Assembly (NCBI GenBank): GCA_963666565.1
Contig: OY762911.1
Coordinates: 2,272,001-2,336,000 of the forward strand
Reading direction: 5' to 3'
From: Thermoanaerobaculia bacterium
GTDB taxonomy: Bacteria; Acidobacteriota; Thermoanaerobaculia; Multivoradales; Multivoraceae
Length of the DNA stretch: 64,000 nucleotides
Position numbers and translations under genes: made by a program. Of this stretch, positions 47,910 through 57,051 are shown piece by piece (position 1 is the stretch's first letter; each line of letters begins with the position of its first letter). A model generated the notes under the pieces. The model ran no database searches. It saw nothing but the letters and a program-made list of their open reading frames with translations, and had not been told where the DNA came from.

Positions 47910-49556
47910 TCATTCGGGCAGCCGGTCGACGCCGTCGAAGCCCTCGAAGCCGGCGATGCGGGTGAGGTCGAGGCCGAGGATCGGGGCCAGGCTGGGCGCG
48001 AGGTCGATCGTGTTCGCCCTGGCTTCGATCACCTGGCCGACCCCGTCCTGGCGGCGGACGATGAGCGGCACATGGGTGTCGTAGGCGTACGGCGAGCCGT
48101 GGCTGGCGACGACGGCCGATGCCGGCACGGGCAGCACGTTCGGTTCCGGTACCAGGATCAGGTCTCCGCTGCGCTCGGGGTGGTAGCCGTTCAGGTACAG
48201 CTCGTGGAGGGGATTCGCCGGGTCGAGTTCCGCCGGCCGGACGACCTCGGCGATCAGCGGGCAGTCGCTCATCGCCTCGACGATCTCGTCCTCGATCGCG
48301 CCCCGGTTGGCCTCTTCGGCCGCGATCGTCCCGGCGTCCAGGTAGAAGGTGTCGAGCAGGAACTCGCCGCCGCCGAAACGGCCCTTGAGACGCGACTGGA
48401 GGCGCTGCAGGCAGAGCGTCTGTTCGGTTCCGAAGCGGCCGCCGTCGCCGCCGTCGCGCACGACGAGTTCGGGGACCCTGCCGACGCCGTGGTCGGAGGA
48501 CAGCGCGACGACCGTGTTCTCCATGCCGATCCGTTCGTCGACGAAGTCGAGCAACTCGCCGATCGTGCGGTCGAGCCGGAGGATCGTGTCGAGAGTCTCC
48601 GGGGCGTTCGGGCCGTAGCCGTGGCCCACCGTGTCGAGAGCGGAGAAGCTGACCGCCAGCAGATCGGGCACCTCGTCGGCGCCCAGGTTCTCGGCCTCGA
48701 TCAGGGTCTCGGCGAAGTCCTCCAGGTAGCCGTCGACCAATGGCGACCGGTAGACGTCGGCGTAGAACGCCGCGCGCTCGACCGTGAAGCCGCCCACCGC
48801 GTGGGGGAAGGTGTCGATGACGGGGCCGCGGTCGAGCGGTTCGATGCCGTACGCGGCGGTGTGCTCGAGCGGGACGAGGGGCGTCCAGGCATTGGCGAAG
48901 TGGGCGGCCAGCCGATCCTCGTCGTTGAAGGCCGCGACCCACGCCGGCTGGGACTCCCGGTCGCCGTAGTACGTCGAGGTGACCCAGGCGCCGCCCGACC
49001 GGCCGTACCACCAGGCGCCGTCGGCGTGGTGTCCGCCCATCAGGATTGCCGCGCGGTCCTTGGCGCTGGCGGCGTACACCTTGGCCTGGGGATACGTGGC
49101 TTTCAGCAGATCGCCGAGAGCCGGCGCCAGCATGTTGCGCGGCGAGACGCCGTGGTCCGGATCGCCGCAGCAGTAGACGTCATCCCCGCTCTCGCGGTCG
49201 AACCAGGAGTTGGCGATGATCCCGTGCCGCTTCGGGAACACGCCCGTAGCCAGGGTCGCGTGTCCCGGAGCGGTTTCGGTGGCGGCGTGGAAGTGGTGCG
49301 CGTCGGTGAAGACGACGCCTTCCTGGAGCAACCGGGCCAGCCCATGGCTCAGAAGGGGGCGGAAGCGCTCCAGGTAGTCGCCGCGCATCTGGTCGACGAC
49401 GATCAGGAGGACGAGCCGCGGTGCGCCTTCGGGGACCTCGGCGCTGCCTGTGGTTTCTCGGCCGGTTGCTTCGGCTTCCGGGACGTCGGCCGGAGCGCCG
49501 CAGGCCAGTGCGAACGGCAACGCGGCCAGCGCCAGTAACAGTGAGAGCTTCTTCAT
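47910..49556 (-). CDS. Alkaline phosphatase family (PafA / type I phosphodiesterase-like) lipoprotein
   Basis: Lipobox ALAC; VVDQMR, TETAPGHAT (Thr nucleophile), KDRAAI, GHGYGP, SSDHG, HGSPYAYDTHVP. Confidence 0.9.
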   Translation of the reverse strand: MKKLSLLLALAALPFALACGAPADVPEAEATGRETTGSAEVPEGAPRLVLLIVVDQMRGDYLERFRPLLSHGLARLLQEGVVFTDAHHFHAATETAPGHATLATGVFPKRHGIIANSWFDRESGDDVYCCGDPDHGVSPRNMLAPALGDLLKATYPQAKVYAASAKDRAAILMGGHHADGAWWYGRSGGAWVTSTYYGDRESQPAWVAAFNDEDRLAAHFANAWTPLVPLEHTAAYGIEPLDRGPVIDTFPHAVGGFTVERAAFYADVYRSPLVDGYLEDFAETLIEAENLGADEVPDLLAVSFSALDTVGHGYGPNAPETLDTILRLDRTIGELLDFVDERIGMENTVVALSSDHGVGRVPELVVRDGGDGGRFGTEQTLCLQRLQSRLKGRFGGGEFLLDTFYLDAGTIAAEEANRGAIEDEIVEAMSDCPLIAEVVRPAELDPANPLHELYLNGYHPERSGDLILVPEPNVLPVPASAVVASHGSPYAYDTHVPLIVRRQDGVGQVIEARANTIDLAPSLAPILGLDLTRIAGFEGFDGVDRLPE

Positions 49557-49636
49557 GTACGGCGCCTTTCCCTGAAGTGGTCCACGGCGAATGAGACTAT
49601 CCTCTCGGTGGCCGGAGGCCGGCTGGAGAATTGCCG

Positions 49637-50632
49637 ATGCGAGTTTTCGACGCTGCCCGGACCGCGGAACTGCTGCCCTGGGGCGCCGTGGTCGACGCGC
49701 TGGAGGCGGGCTTCCGCGACGGCTGCGAGATGCCGGTGCGCCATCACCACACGATGCAGGCGCCGGCCGGCGACGGTTCGCGGCTGCGCCCGGATGCGGG
49801 TCGGAAGACCCGCGCACCCGGCGGTGCCGAGGCGACCCTGCTCCTGATGCCGGCCTGGACCGTCGGCGGCTACCTGGGGGTCAAGGTGGCGTCCGTGTTC
49901 CCGGGCAACGCGTCCCGCGGGCTGGGCGCCGTGCAGGCCAGCTACATCCTCGCGTCGGCGGAGACCGGCGAGCCGCTGGCCCTGATCGACGGCCTGGAGC
50001 TGACGCTCCGGCGTACCGCGGCGGCGTCGGCGCTGGCGGCGCGGTTCCTGGCGCGCGCGGATTCCCGCCGCCTGCTGGTCGTCGGCACGGGCAACCTGGC
50101 GCCCCACCTGGCCGGGGCGCATGCCGCGGTCCATCCCGACCTGGAGGTCGAGTTCTGGGGGCGCCGGCCCGAGCGCGCCCTCGCGGCGTCCCGGTCGCCG
50201 CTGCTCGAAGGGCTAGCCGCGGGGACGGCGGGCGACCTGGAGCCGGCGGTCCGCGGCGCCGACATCGTCAGCACCGCGACCCTGGCCACCGAACCCCTGG
50301 TGTTCGGCGACTGGCTCCCGGCCGGCGTGCATGTCGACCTGGTCGGCGGCTTCACGCCGGCGATGCGCGAAGCGGACGACGAGGCGATGCGCCGTTCCAC
50401 CGTCTTCGTCGATACCCGGGACGGCGCACTGGTCGAGGCCGGCGACCTGACCCGGCCGATCGAGTCCGGCGCGCTCCGGGCCGAAGACGTCGCCGCCGAC
50501 CTGTACGAACTGTGCCGCGGCCGGCACGGCGGCCGCCGGGACGCCTCCGAGATCACCCTGTTCAAGTCCGTCGGCGCCGCGCTCGAGGACCTGTTCGCCG
50601 CCATCCTGCTGTGGGAGCGGAGCGGTGGCTAG
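49637..50632 (+). CDS. Ornithine cyclodeaminase/mu-crystallin family protein (cyclic imine reductase-like)
   Basis: LLLMPAW, VKVASVFPGN, RRTAAASALAA, GTGNLA, ITLFKSVGAALEDL. Confidence 0.9.
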   Translation: MRVFDAARTAELLPWGAVVDALEAGFRDGCEMPVRHHHTMQAPAGDGSRLRPDAGRKTRAPGGAEATLLLMPAWTVGGYLGVKVASVFPGNASRGLGAVQASYILASAETGEPLALIDGLELTLRRTAAASALAARFLARADSRRLLVVGTGNLAPHLAGAHAAVHPDLEVEFWGRRPERALAASRSPLLEGLAAGTAGDLEPAVRGADIVSTATLATEPLVFGDWLPAGVHVDLVGGFTPAMREADDEAMRRSTVFVDTRDGALVEAGDLTRPIESGALRAEDVAADLYELCRGRHGGRRDASEITLFKSVGAALEDLFAAILLWERSGG

Positions 50633-50740
50633 CGCCGCCGAACCCGTCGCAGGCTCCGTGTTTGGCCCCGGCCCCCACCTCGTCAGGAGCTTGCGCCGCG
50701 GACCCGACCTCCGTTGCGGCGCCGCGGCGCAAGGTCCTAG
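50629..50740 (+). repeat. Repeat family B, copy 2, bounded by CTAG at both ends
   Basis: Homologous to the reverse complement of 43635-43707; internal stem GCAGGCTCC/GGAGCTTGC. Confidence 0.7.
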
Positions 50741-50749
50741 ACTCTCCCC

Positions 50750-52915
50750 ATGCCAAAGCTACCTGCCGCAGTTCTTCTCCCGGCCGCCCTCGCCGTGATC
50801 TCCTGCGCCGCTCCGGCGGCCGGCCCCGGCGAACCGCCGCGCGCCGAGGCGCGTCCCCACGAACTCGAGACCCACGGCGACGTGCGGGTCGACGAGTACT
50901 ACTGGCTGCGGGAGCGCGAGGACCCCGAGGTGATCGCCTATCTCGAGGCCGAGAACGCCTGGGTCGACGCCGCGATGGCGCACACCGAGGACCTCCAGGA
51001 GGCCCTGTTCGCCGAGATCCGCGGCCGCGTCGTCGAGGACGACGCCTCCGTTCCCTACCGCGACGGCGACTACTGGTACTACACCCGCTACGAACAGGAG
51101 AAGCAGTACCCGATCCACTGCCGCCGGCCGGCCGACGGCGACGTCTTCGGCGGCGACCGGGCGCCCGAGGCCGAGGAGGTGCTGGTCGACGTGAACGAGA
51201 TCGCCGGCGACAGGGAGTACACCGCCGTTCGCCTCGCGGTGAGCCCGGACCACCGCATCCTCGCCTACGGCGTCGACGACACCGGCCGGCGCTTCTACAC
51301 CGTGCGCTTCAGGGACCTTTCGACCGGGGAGGACCTGGCCGGCGAGATTCCGGACGTCACCGCGAACTTCGTCTGGGCCGCCGACAACGCCACCCTGTTC
51401 TACGTCCGCCAGAACCCCGACACCCTGCGGGCCTACCAGGTGTACCGGCACCGTCTGGGTTCCGGCGCCGCCGACGAGTTGGTCTACGAGGAACCGGACG
51501 AGACGTTCAGCGTGTTCCTGGGGCGCAGCCAGTCGCGGAAGTACCTGACGGCGACCTCGAGCCACACGCTGCGCACCGAGGTTCGCGTCCTGCGGGCCGA
51601 CGACCCGGACGGCGACTTCGCCGTCTTCGAGCCGCGCGGCGAGCGCCACGAATACAGCGTCGACCACCTCGGCGACCGCTTCTGGGTGCGCACGAACGAC
51701 GGCGCGCCGAACTTCCGGCTCATGTCCGCGCCCGAGAACGACACGGGGCGCGCCGCCTGGCGAGAAGAACTCCCGCACCGCGACGACGTGCTATTCGAGG
51801 GCTTCGAGCTGTTCGACCGCTTCCTGGTGCTGGCGGAGAGGCGCGACGGCCTGGAGCGGCTCCGCATCGAGCCGATGGGCGGGGGCGGCGCCGGGGACGG
51901 CGGGTTCCAGGGCCACGACCTCGACTTCGGCGAACCGACCTGGTCGTCCGGGCTCGGCGCCAACCCGGACCCGTCGTCCGGCACGCTGCGCTACGTCTAC
52001 CAGTCGCTGACCACGCCGCGCTCCGTGTTCGACTACGACCCGGCGACCCGCGAGAAGACCCTGCGCAAGCAGGACCGGGTGCTCGGCGGCTTCGACTCCG
52101 CGAACTACCGGAGCGAACGGCTGTGGGCGACCGCCGGGGACGGCACGCAGGTGCCGGTGTCGCTCGTCTACCGGCCCGACATGCGCCCCGAGGAGGGCGG
52201 CAGTCCGCTGCTGCTCTACGGCTACGGGTCCTACGGCGCGAGCATGGACGCCGGCTTCAGTTCGCCGCTCCTGAGCCTGATCGACCGCGGCTTCGTCTAC
52301 GCGATCGCCCACATCCGGGGCGGCGAGGAGATGGGCCGCTCCTGGTACGAGAACGGCAAGCTGCTCCACAAGAAGAACACCTTCACCGACTTCATCGCCG
52401 CCGCCGAGCATCTCGCCGCCGAGGGCTACGCGGACCCGGACCGGATCTACGCGATGGGCGGCAGCGCCGGCGGCCTGCTGATGGGCGCCGTGTTCAACAT
52501 GCGCCCCGACCTGTGGGACGGCATCGTGGCCCGGGTGCCCTTCGTCGACGTCGTGACGACGATGCTCGACGCGAGCATCCCGCTGACCACCTTCGAGTGG
52601 GACGAGTGGGGCGACCCCAGGGAACGCGAGTACTACGACTACATGCTGTCCTACTCGCCCTACGACAACGTCGAGGCGAAGGACTACCCGAACATGCTGG
52701 TGACGACCGGTTTGCACGACTCGCAGGTGCAGTACTGGGAACCGGCGAAGTGGGTGGCCCGGCTGCGGGCGGCGAAGACGGACGACAACCTGCTGCTGCT
52801 CCAGACGAACATGGGCGCCGGCCACGGCGGCGCCTCCGGGCGCTACGACCGCTACCGGGAGACGGCGCTCGTCTACGCGTTCCTGGTCGATCTGGCCGGG
52901 CTCGGCGACTCCTGA
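50750..52915 (+). CDS. ptrB: Oligopeptidase B (S9A), with lipoprotein-like signal
   Basis: DEYYWLR, YGYGSYG, HIRGGEEMG, GGSAGG, HDSQVQYWEPAKWVARLR, GHGGASGR. Confidence 0.92.
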   Translation: MPKLPAAVLLPAALAVISCAAPAAGPGEPPRAEARPHELETHGDVRVDEYYWLREREDPEVIAYLEAENAWVDAAMAHTEDLQEALFAEIRGRVVEDDASVPYRDGDYWYYTRYEQEKQYPIHCRRPADGDVFGGDRAPEAEEVLVDVNEIAGDREYTAVRLAVSPDHRILAYGVDDTGRRFYTVRFRDLSTGEDLAGEIPDVTANFVWAADNATLFYVRQNPDTLRAYQVYRHRLGSGAADELVYEEPDETFSVFLGRSQSRKYLTATSSHTLRTEVRVLRADDPDGDFAVFEPRGERHEYSVDHLGDRFWVRTNDGAPNFRLMSAPENDTGRAAWREELPHRDDVLFEGFELFDRFLVLAERRDGLERLRIEPMGGGGAGDGGFQGHDLDFGEPTWSSGLGANPDPSSGTLRYVYQSLTTPRSVFDYDPATREKTLRKQDRVLGGFDSANYRSERLWATAGDGTQVPVSLVYRPDMRPEEGGSPLLLYGYGSYGASMDAGFSSPLLSLIDRGFVYAIAHIRGGEEMGRSWYENGKLLHKKNTFTDFIAAAEHLAAEGYADPDRIYAMGGSAGGLLMGAVFNMRPDLWDGIVARVPFVDVVTTMLDASIPLTTFEWDEWGDPREREYYDYMLSYSPYDNVEAKDYPNMLVTTGLHDSQVQYWEPAKWVARLRAAKTDDNLLLLQTNMGAGHGGASGRYDRYRETALVYAFLVDLAGLGDS

Positions 52916-52925
52916 GGAGGGCGGC

Positions 52926-53267
52926 ATGGCGATCGACTTCAGCGACCGGCGGGATCAACTCAGGCGGCAGCAGGCCGGGAGCCTGCGCTTTGTCCGGGTC
53001 GTGGTGCGCATCGCGCTCCTCTTCGCGATCGGAGCGCTGGCGGTTCTCCAGGGCTTCTCGCCGACCTCCTGGCTGCTGCTCGGCCTGCTCCTGGCCTGGG
53101 GCGCGTCCCTGCCCTTCCTGCTGCGCGGCATTCTGCGGCGGGTACGGGCGCTCGACCATCTCGCGCGGTGGCAGCGGTTGGCCCTCATCTGGACGGCGGG
53201 GCTCGTCCTGATCGGCGGCTTCGCCGTGCTGGCGCGGTACGTCCTGCTGCCCGCCCCGGCCGGCTGA
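52926..53267 (+). CDS. Small membrane protein (3 TM), unknown function
   Basis: Strong RBS GAGGAGG; hydrophobic segments. Confidence 0.65.
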   Translation: MAIDFSDRRDQLRRQQAGSLRFVRVVVRIALLFAIGALAVLQGFSPTSWLLLGLLLAWGASLPFLLRGILRRVRALDHLARWQRLALIWTAGLVLIGGFAVLARYVLLPAPAG

Positions 53268-53293
53268 CCCGCCGCCACACCGGGTACGCCCCT

Positions 53294-53428
53294 GGGTGCG
53301 CGGGTCTTCCGACCCGCTGCCGCCGGAGGCGGCGTCGAGAATCGTCGCCGGCCTTTGGCCGGCGTCCGTACTCTCCGGGCTGCGCCGCTTCGCGGCTTCG
53401 CCGAGCGGGTCGGAAGACCCGCGCACCC
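53294..53428. repeat. Inverted REP doublet between convergent genes (53294-53317 plus, 53405-53428 minus)
   Basis: Both are perfect consensus copies. Confidence 0.88.
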
Positions 53429-53440
53429 CAGGGCATCCGG

Positions 53441-54610
53441 TTAGTAGCTTTTCGGCAGGCCGAGCACCTTCTCGGCGATGTGGCAGAGGATCAACTGCGG
53501 GCTGACCGGCGCCAGCCGCGGGATCATGACCTCGCGCATCAGCCGCTCGACGTGGAACTCCTTCGCGTAGCCCATGCCGCCGTGGGTCATCACCGCCTGC
53601 GTGCAGGCCTTGAAGCCGGCCTCCGCGCCGAGGTACTTCGCGGCGTTCGCGTAGTGGCCGCAGGGCTCGTCGCGGTCGTAGAGCGAGGCCGCCTGCATCG
53701 CCATCAGGAAGGCCGCCTCCAGTTCCATCCAGCACTCCGCCAGGGGATGCTGGATCGACTGGTTCTGGCCGATCGGCCGGCCGAAGACCCGGCGTTGGCG
53801 GGCGTAGTCGGTGGCGCGCTCCAGCGCGTTGCGGCCCACGCCGACCGCCTCGACGCCGATCAGGATCCGCTCCGGGTTCAGGCTGTGCAGGATGTACTCG
53901 AAGCCGCGCCCCTCTTCGCCGATGCGGTCTTCGGCGGGCACCTCGAGGCCGTCGATGAACAGCTCGTTCGAGTCGACCGCCGCGCGGCCCATCTTCGGGA
54001 TCCGACGCACGTCTACCCGCGAACGGTCGAGGTCGGTGTAGAACAGCGAAAGCCCCTTGGTCGCCTTGCCCGTCTCGGTCCTCGGGGTGGTGCGGGCGAG
54101 CAGCATGACGCGGTCCGCTTCCTGGGCGGTCGTGGTCCAGATCTTGCGCCCGTGGACGACGTAGCCGCCGTCGGGCTGGCGTTCCGCGCGGGTCGTGATC
54201 GCCGTCGTCTCCAGACCGGCGTCGGGCTCGGTGACCGCGAAGCAGGTCTTCTCCCGGCCTTCGATGAGAGGCGGGAGGAAGCGGCGGCGCTGCTCCTCCG
54301 TTCCGAAGACGACGATCGGGTGCGGACCGAAGATGTTGATGTGGATCGCGGAGGCGGCACTCATGCCGCCGCCGGCGCGCGCCACCTCGTGCATCGTGAG
54401 GGCTGCTTCCGTAACGCCCAGGCCCGCGCCGCCGTACGTCTCGGGCATGGCGATGCCGAGTGCGCCGCAATCGGCCATCGCGCGATGGAACTCGTTCGGG
54501 AAGCGCGCCTCGTTATCGATCGCGAGCCAGTAGTCGTCGTCGAAGGCGGCGCAGGTGCGGGCAATGCCTTCGCACAGGGCGCGCTGCGGTCCGGTGAGGG
54601 TGAAGTCCAT
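53441..54610 (-). CDS. Acyl-CoA dehydrogenase
   Basis: CFAVTEPDAG, GRKIWTT, IGEEGRGF, RRVFGRPIG, THGGMGYAKE. Confidence 0.93.
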   Translation of the reverse strand: MDFTLTGPQRALCEGIARTCAAFDDDYWLAIDNEARFPNEFHRAMADCGALGIAMPETYGGAGLGVTEAALTMHEVARAGGGMSAASAIHINIFGPHPIVVFGTEEQRRRFLPPLIEGREKTCFAVTEPDAGLETTAITTRAERQPDGGYVVHGRKIWTTTAQEADRVMLLARTTPRTETGKATKGLSLFYTDLDRSRVDVRRIPKMGRAAVDSNELFIDGLEVPAEDRIGEEGRGFEYILHSLNPERILIGVEAVGVGRNALERATDYARQRRVFGRPIGQNQSIQHPLAECWMELEAAFLMAMQAASLYDRDEPCGHYANAAKYLGAEAGFKACTQAVMTHGGMGYAKEFHVERLMREVMIPRLAPVSPQLILCHIAEKVLGLPKSY

Positions 54611-54658
54611 GGGAACGGGAGAGGGTACAACGGCCGCCTTCGATGGTGGGTCCGGGCG

Positions 54659-55249
54659 TCACTGCGATCGATGCGCTTGGAGCAGAGACTCTCCTTGCGG
54701 GCCAGGGAGTGCTCTGGGTGCGCGGACCTTCTGGTCCGCTTCCGGGAGAAACGCGTCGTGGAGCGGCGACCGCTTGGATCGGCGCCGAGTCAGCAGTTCG
54801 GCCGCGGTCGCGCGCAGGACCGGGTGCCAGGCGTTCGGCGCGATCTCGACCAGCGGCTCGAGGACGAAGCGGCGCCGGTGCATCCGCGGATGCGGGACGA
54901 TGAGGCCGGGCTCGTCCACGACGCGGTCGCCGAACAGCAACAGGTCGAGATCGATCGTCCGCGGGCCGGCGGCGCCGGCGGTCCGGTCGCGGCCCAGGGC
55001 GGCTTCGATCTCGAGCAGGGCCGCCAGCAGGCCGCGGGCGTCGAGGTCGGTCTCCAGCGTCGCCGCCGCGTTCCGGAAGTCCGGATCCGCGGCCGCGACG
55101 CCGCGCTCGGGGACCGCCCGGGTGCGGTAGAAGCGCGACACCGCGGTCACGTCCGCGACATCGCGCAGACGATCGAGGGCCGCGTGCAGATTGGCGCGCT
55201 TGGGCCGCAGGTTGGACCCCAGGGCGACGAAGGCGCGGGTGGACGTCAC
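54659..55249 (-). CDS. folK: 2-amino-4-hydroxy-6-hydroxymethyldihydropteridine diphosphokinase
   Basis: FVALGSNL, GPRTIDLDLL, PHPRMHRRRFVLEPL; GTG start overlaps the upstream TGA; about 35-aa C-terminal extension. Confidence 0.92.
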   Translation of the reverse strand: MTSTRAFVALGSNLRPKRANLHAALDRLRDVADVTAVSRFYRTRAVPERGVAAADPDFRNAAATLETDLDARGLLAALLEIEAALGRDRTAGAAGPRTIDLDLLLFGDRVVDEPGLIVPHPRMHRRRFVLEPLVEIAPNAWHPVLRATAAELLTRRRSKRSPLHDAFLPEADQKVRAPRALPGPQGESLLQAHRSQ

Positions 55250-56616
55250 GGCCGCCAGTCGACCTCGGTGCCCACTTCGGCGACTCCGAGATCGCGCGCC
55301 GCGCCGGGCTTGGAGACCCGGACGCGCAACGCTTCGATCGATGGGTACCCGCCTTCGGAGGCGGCAGCGCCCGGTTTCGAGGGCGCTTTGTCGCCAGTTC
55401 TGCCTGGGCCTCCGCCGGCTCGGTCTGAGACCCGGTCGACTCTGCCGGAGACGCTGTCGGCACCGCTGGAGACGCTGTCGGCACCGCCTGAGTCTCCGCC
55501 GGCTCTGCCCGAGACGTTCTCGGCGACCGCGGCGGCGATCCGCTCGGCGAGCGTCTCGACGAGGCGGTACTCGTCTTTCGCCGCGACGGCTCGGGCGACT
55601 GCCGCGATCAGCGCGTAGTCGACCGTCCGGTCGAGATCGTCGGGGGCGCCGAACGCGGCCGGCGCCAGGGCGACCTCGACGTCGACGAGCAGCTCTTGCG
55701 GAGCCGCCCGCTCCCGAGCCGTGACGCCGACGCGGCAGCGGCACGGGATGCCGCGGGCGAGAACCCGCCGCCGCGGCGCCGCTGCCCGGCGTCGCCGCCG
55801 CATGGCGCCGATGCTGTCCGCCAGTTGCCGGTGCTCCCTCACGTCGTGGACCCGCAGCACGTCGGCGGCGTCGAGGGCCGCCGCCCAGGCGTTGACGCTC
55901 AGCGTGCCGGCCAGCCGCTCATCGACCGGCACGCCGCCGAGCAGGCGGTCGAGGAAGGACTTCCGGGACACGCCGAGGACGATCGGCGCCCCCAGTTCGC
56001 GCAGATCGCCCAGGTTCGCGAGCAGGTCGAGGTTGTGCTCCAGCATCTTGCCGAAGCCGATGCCGGGGTCCACCAGCACCTCGACGCCGCGCCTCTTGCC
56101 GGCCGCCACCCGCCCGGCGAGGAACTCGCGGATCTCGGCCACGACATCGTCGTAGCGCGGCTCGCGCTGCATCGTGCGTGGCTCGCCCTGCATGTGCATG
56201 GCGATGACCGGAGCGCCGTGCCGCGCCGCGGCCTCCAGCATCTCGTCGCGGGCCCCCGAGACGTCGTTGACCAGGTGCGCCCCCGCGGCGAGCGCCCGGT
56301 CGGCCACCTCGGGTTTCGCCGTGTCGACGCTCAGTGGCACGCCGAGGTCCAGCCTGCGGATGCCCTCAAGCGCCGGCAGCAGTCGCTCCAGTTCTTCCGC
56401 GGGACCCACCGGCGCGGCGCCCGGCCGCGTGCTCTCGGCGCCGACGTCGATCAGGTCCGCCCCTTCCGCCGCCATCAGCCGGGCATGGTCGACCGCCGCC
56501 TCGGCGTCGTCGAAGCGGCCGCCGTCCGAGAAGCTGTCGGGCGTCACGTTCAGCACGCCCATGATCAGGGGCCGCCGGTCGAACGCGAGGGTGTGCGGTC
56601 CGCAGCCGATGTCCAT
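55246..56616 (-). CDS. folP: Dihydropteroate synthase fused to a C-terminal dihydroneopterin aldolase (FolB)-like domain
   Basis: MGVLNVTPDSFSDGG, DPGIGFGK, SRKSF, RVHDV, followed by CRVGVTARER..PQELLVDV, DDL..TVDY, LVETLAERIA, VRVSKP. Confidence 0.9.
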   Translation of the reverse strand: MDIGCGPHTLAFDRRPLIMGVLNVTPDSFSDGGRFDDAEAAVDHARLMAAEGADLIDVGAESTRPGAAPVGPAEELERLLPALEGIRRLDLGVPLSVDTAKPEVADRALAAGAHLVNDVSGARDEMLEAAARHGAPVIAMHMQGEPRTMQREPRYDDVVAEIREFLAGRVAAGKRRGVEVLVDPGIGFGKMLEHNLDLLANLGDLRELGAPIVLGVSRKSFLDRLLGGVPVDERLAGTLSVNAWAAALDAADVLRVHDVREHRQLADSIGAMRRRRRAAAPRRRVLARGIPCRCRVGVTARERAAPQELLVDVEVALAPAAFGAPDDLDRTVDYALIAAVARAVAAKDEYRLVETLAERIAAAVAENVSGRAGGDSGGADSVSSGADSVSGRVDRVSDRAGGGPGRTGDKAPSKPGAAASEGGYPSIEALRVRVSKPGAARDLGVAEVGTEVDWRP

Positions 56617-56760
56617 GCGTGCAGTCTAGGCGCTTCGCACCCACACGCGCGCCCCGATCTCGTCTATGTCATTGGATAGAGTCGAAGCCGCGCCGCCGTG
56701 GCGTTGCCGGCTCTGAGGTTCGACTTGAGATCTGAGTCAGGAGGTACCGCGGTAGAGAAT

Positions 56761-57051
56761 GCGATGGACGTGATTCTGATGATCGGCGGGATTCTCGTGC
56801 CGGCTCTTTCGGCGATTGTCGCGCTGGGCGCCTGGTTCCTGCCTCGGATGGACCGCCGCTTCGACGAGGCCGCGCTGGACCGGAGGAGGATCGAGATCCA
56901 ACTGGGAGAGCGCTTCGACCGGCTTGCGGCGTCTTTCAAGGCGAACATTCAGAGGCTTGAGGCGGAGTTCAAGGCGCGGTCGGACCGAATCGAAGAGCGA
57001 TGCTACGAAGCGCCGTCGGCTGCCAGTCGGTCGTCCAGGTCGCCGTTCTGA
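56761..57051 (+). CDS. Small N-terminal TM + coiled-coil protein
   Basis: MDVILMIGGILVPALSAIVALGAWFLPRMDRRFD...; AGGAGG lies upstream; overlaps the start of the next ORF. Confidence 0.55.
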   Translation, partial: AMDVILMIGGILVPALSAIVALGAWFLPRMDRRFDEAALDRRRIEIQLGERFDRLAASFKANIQRLEAEFKARSDRIEERCYEAPSAASRSSRSPF

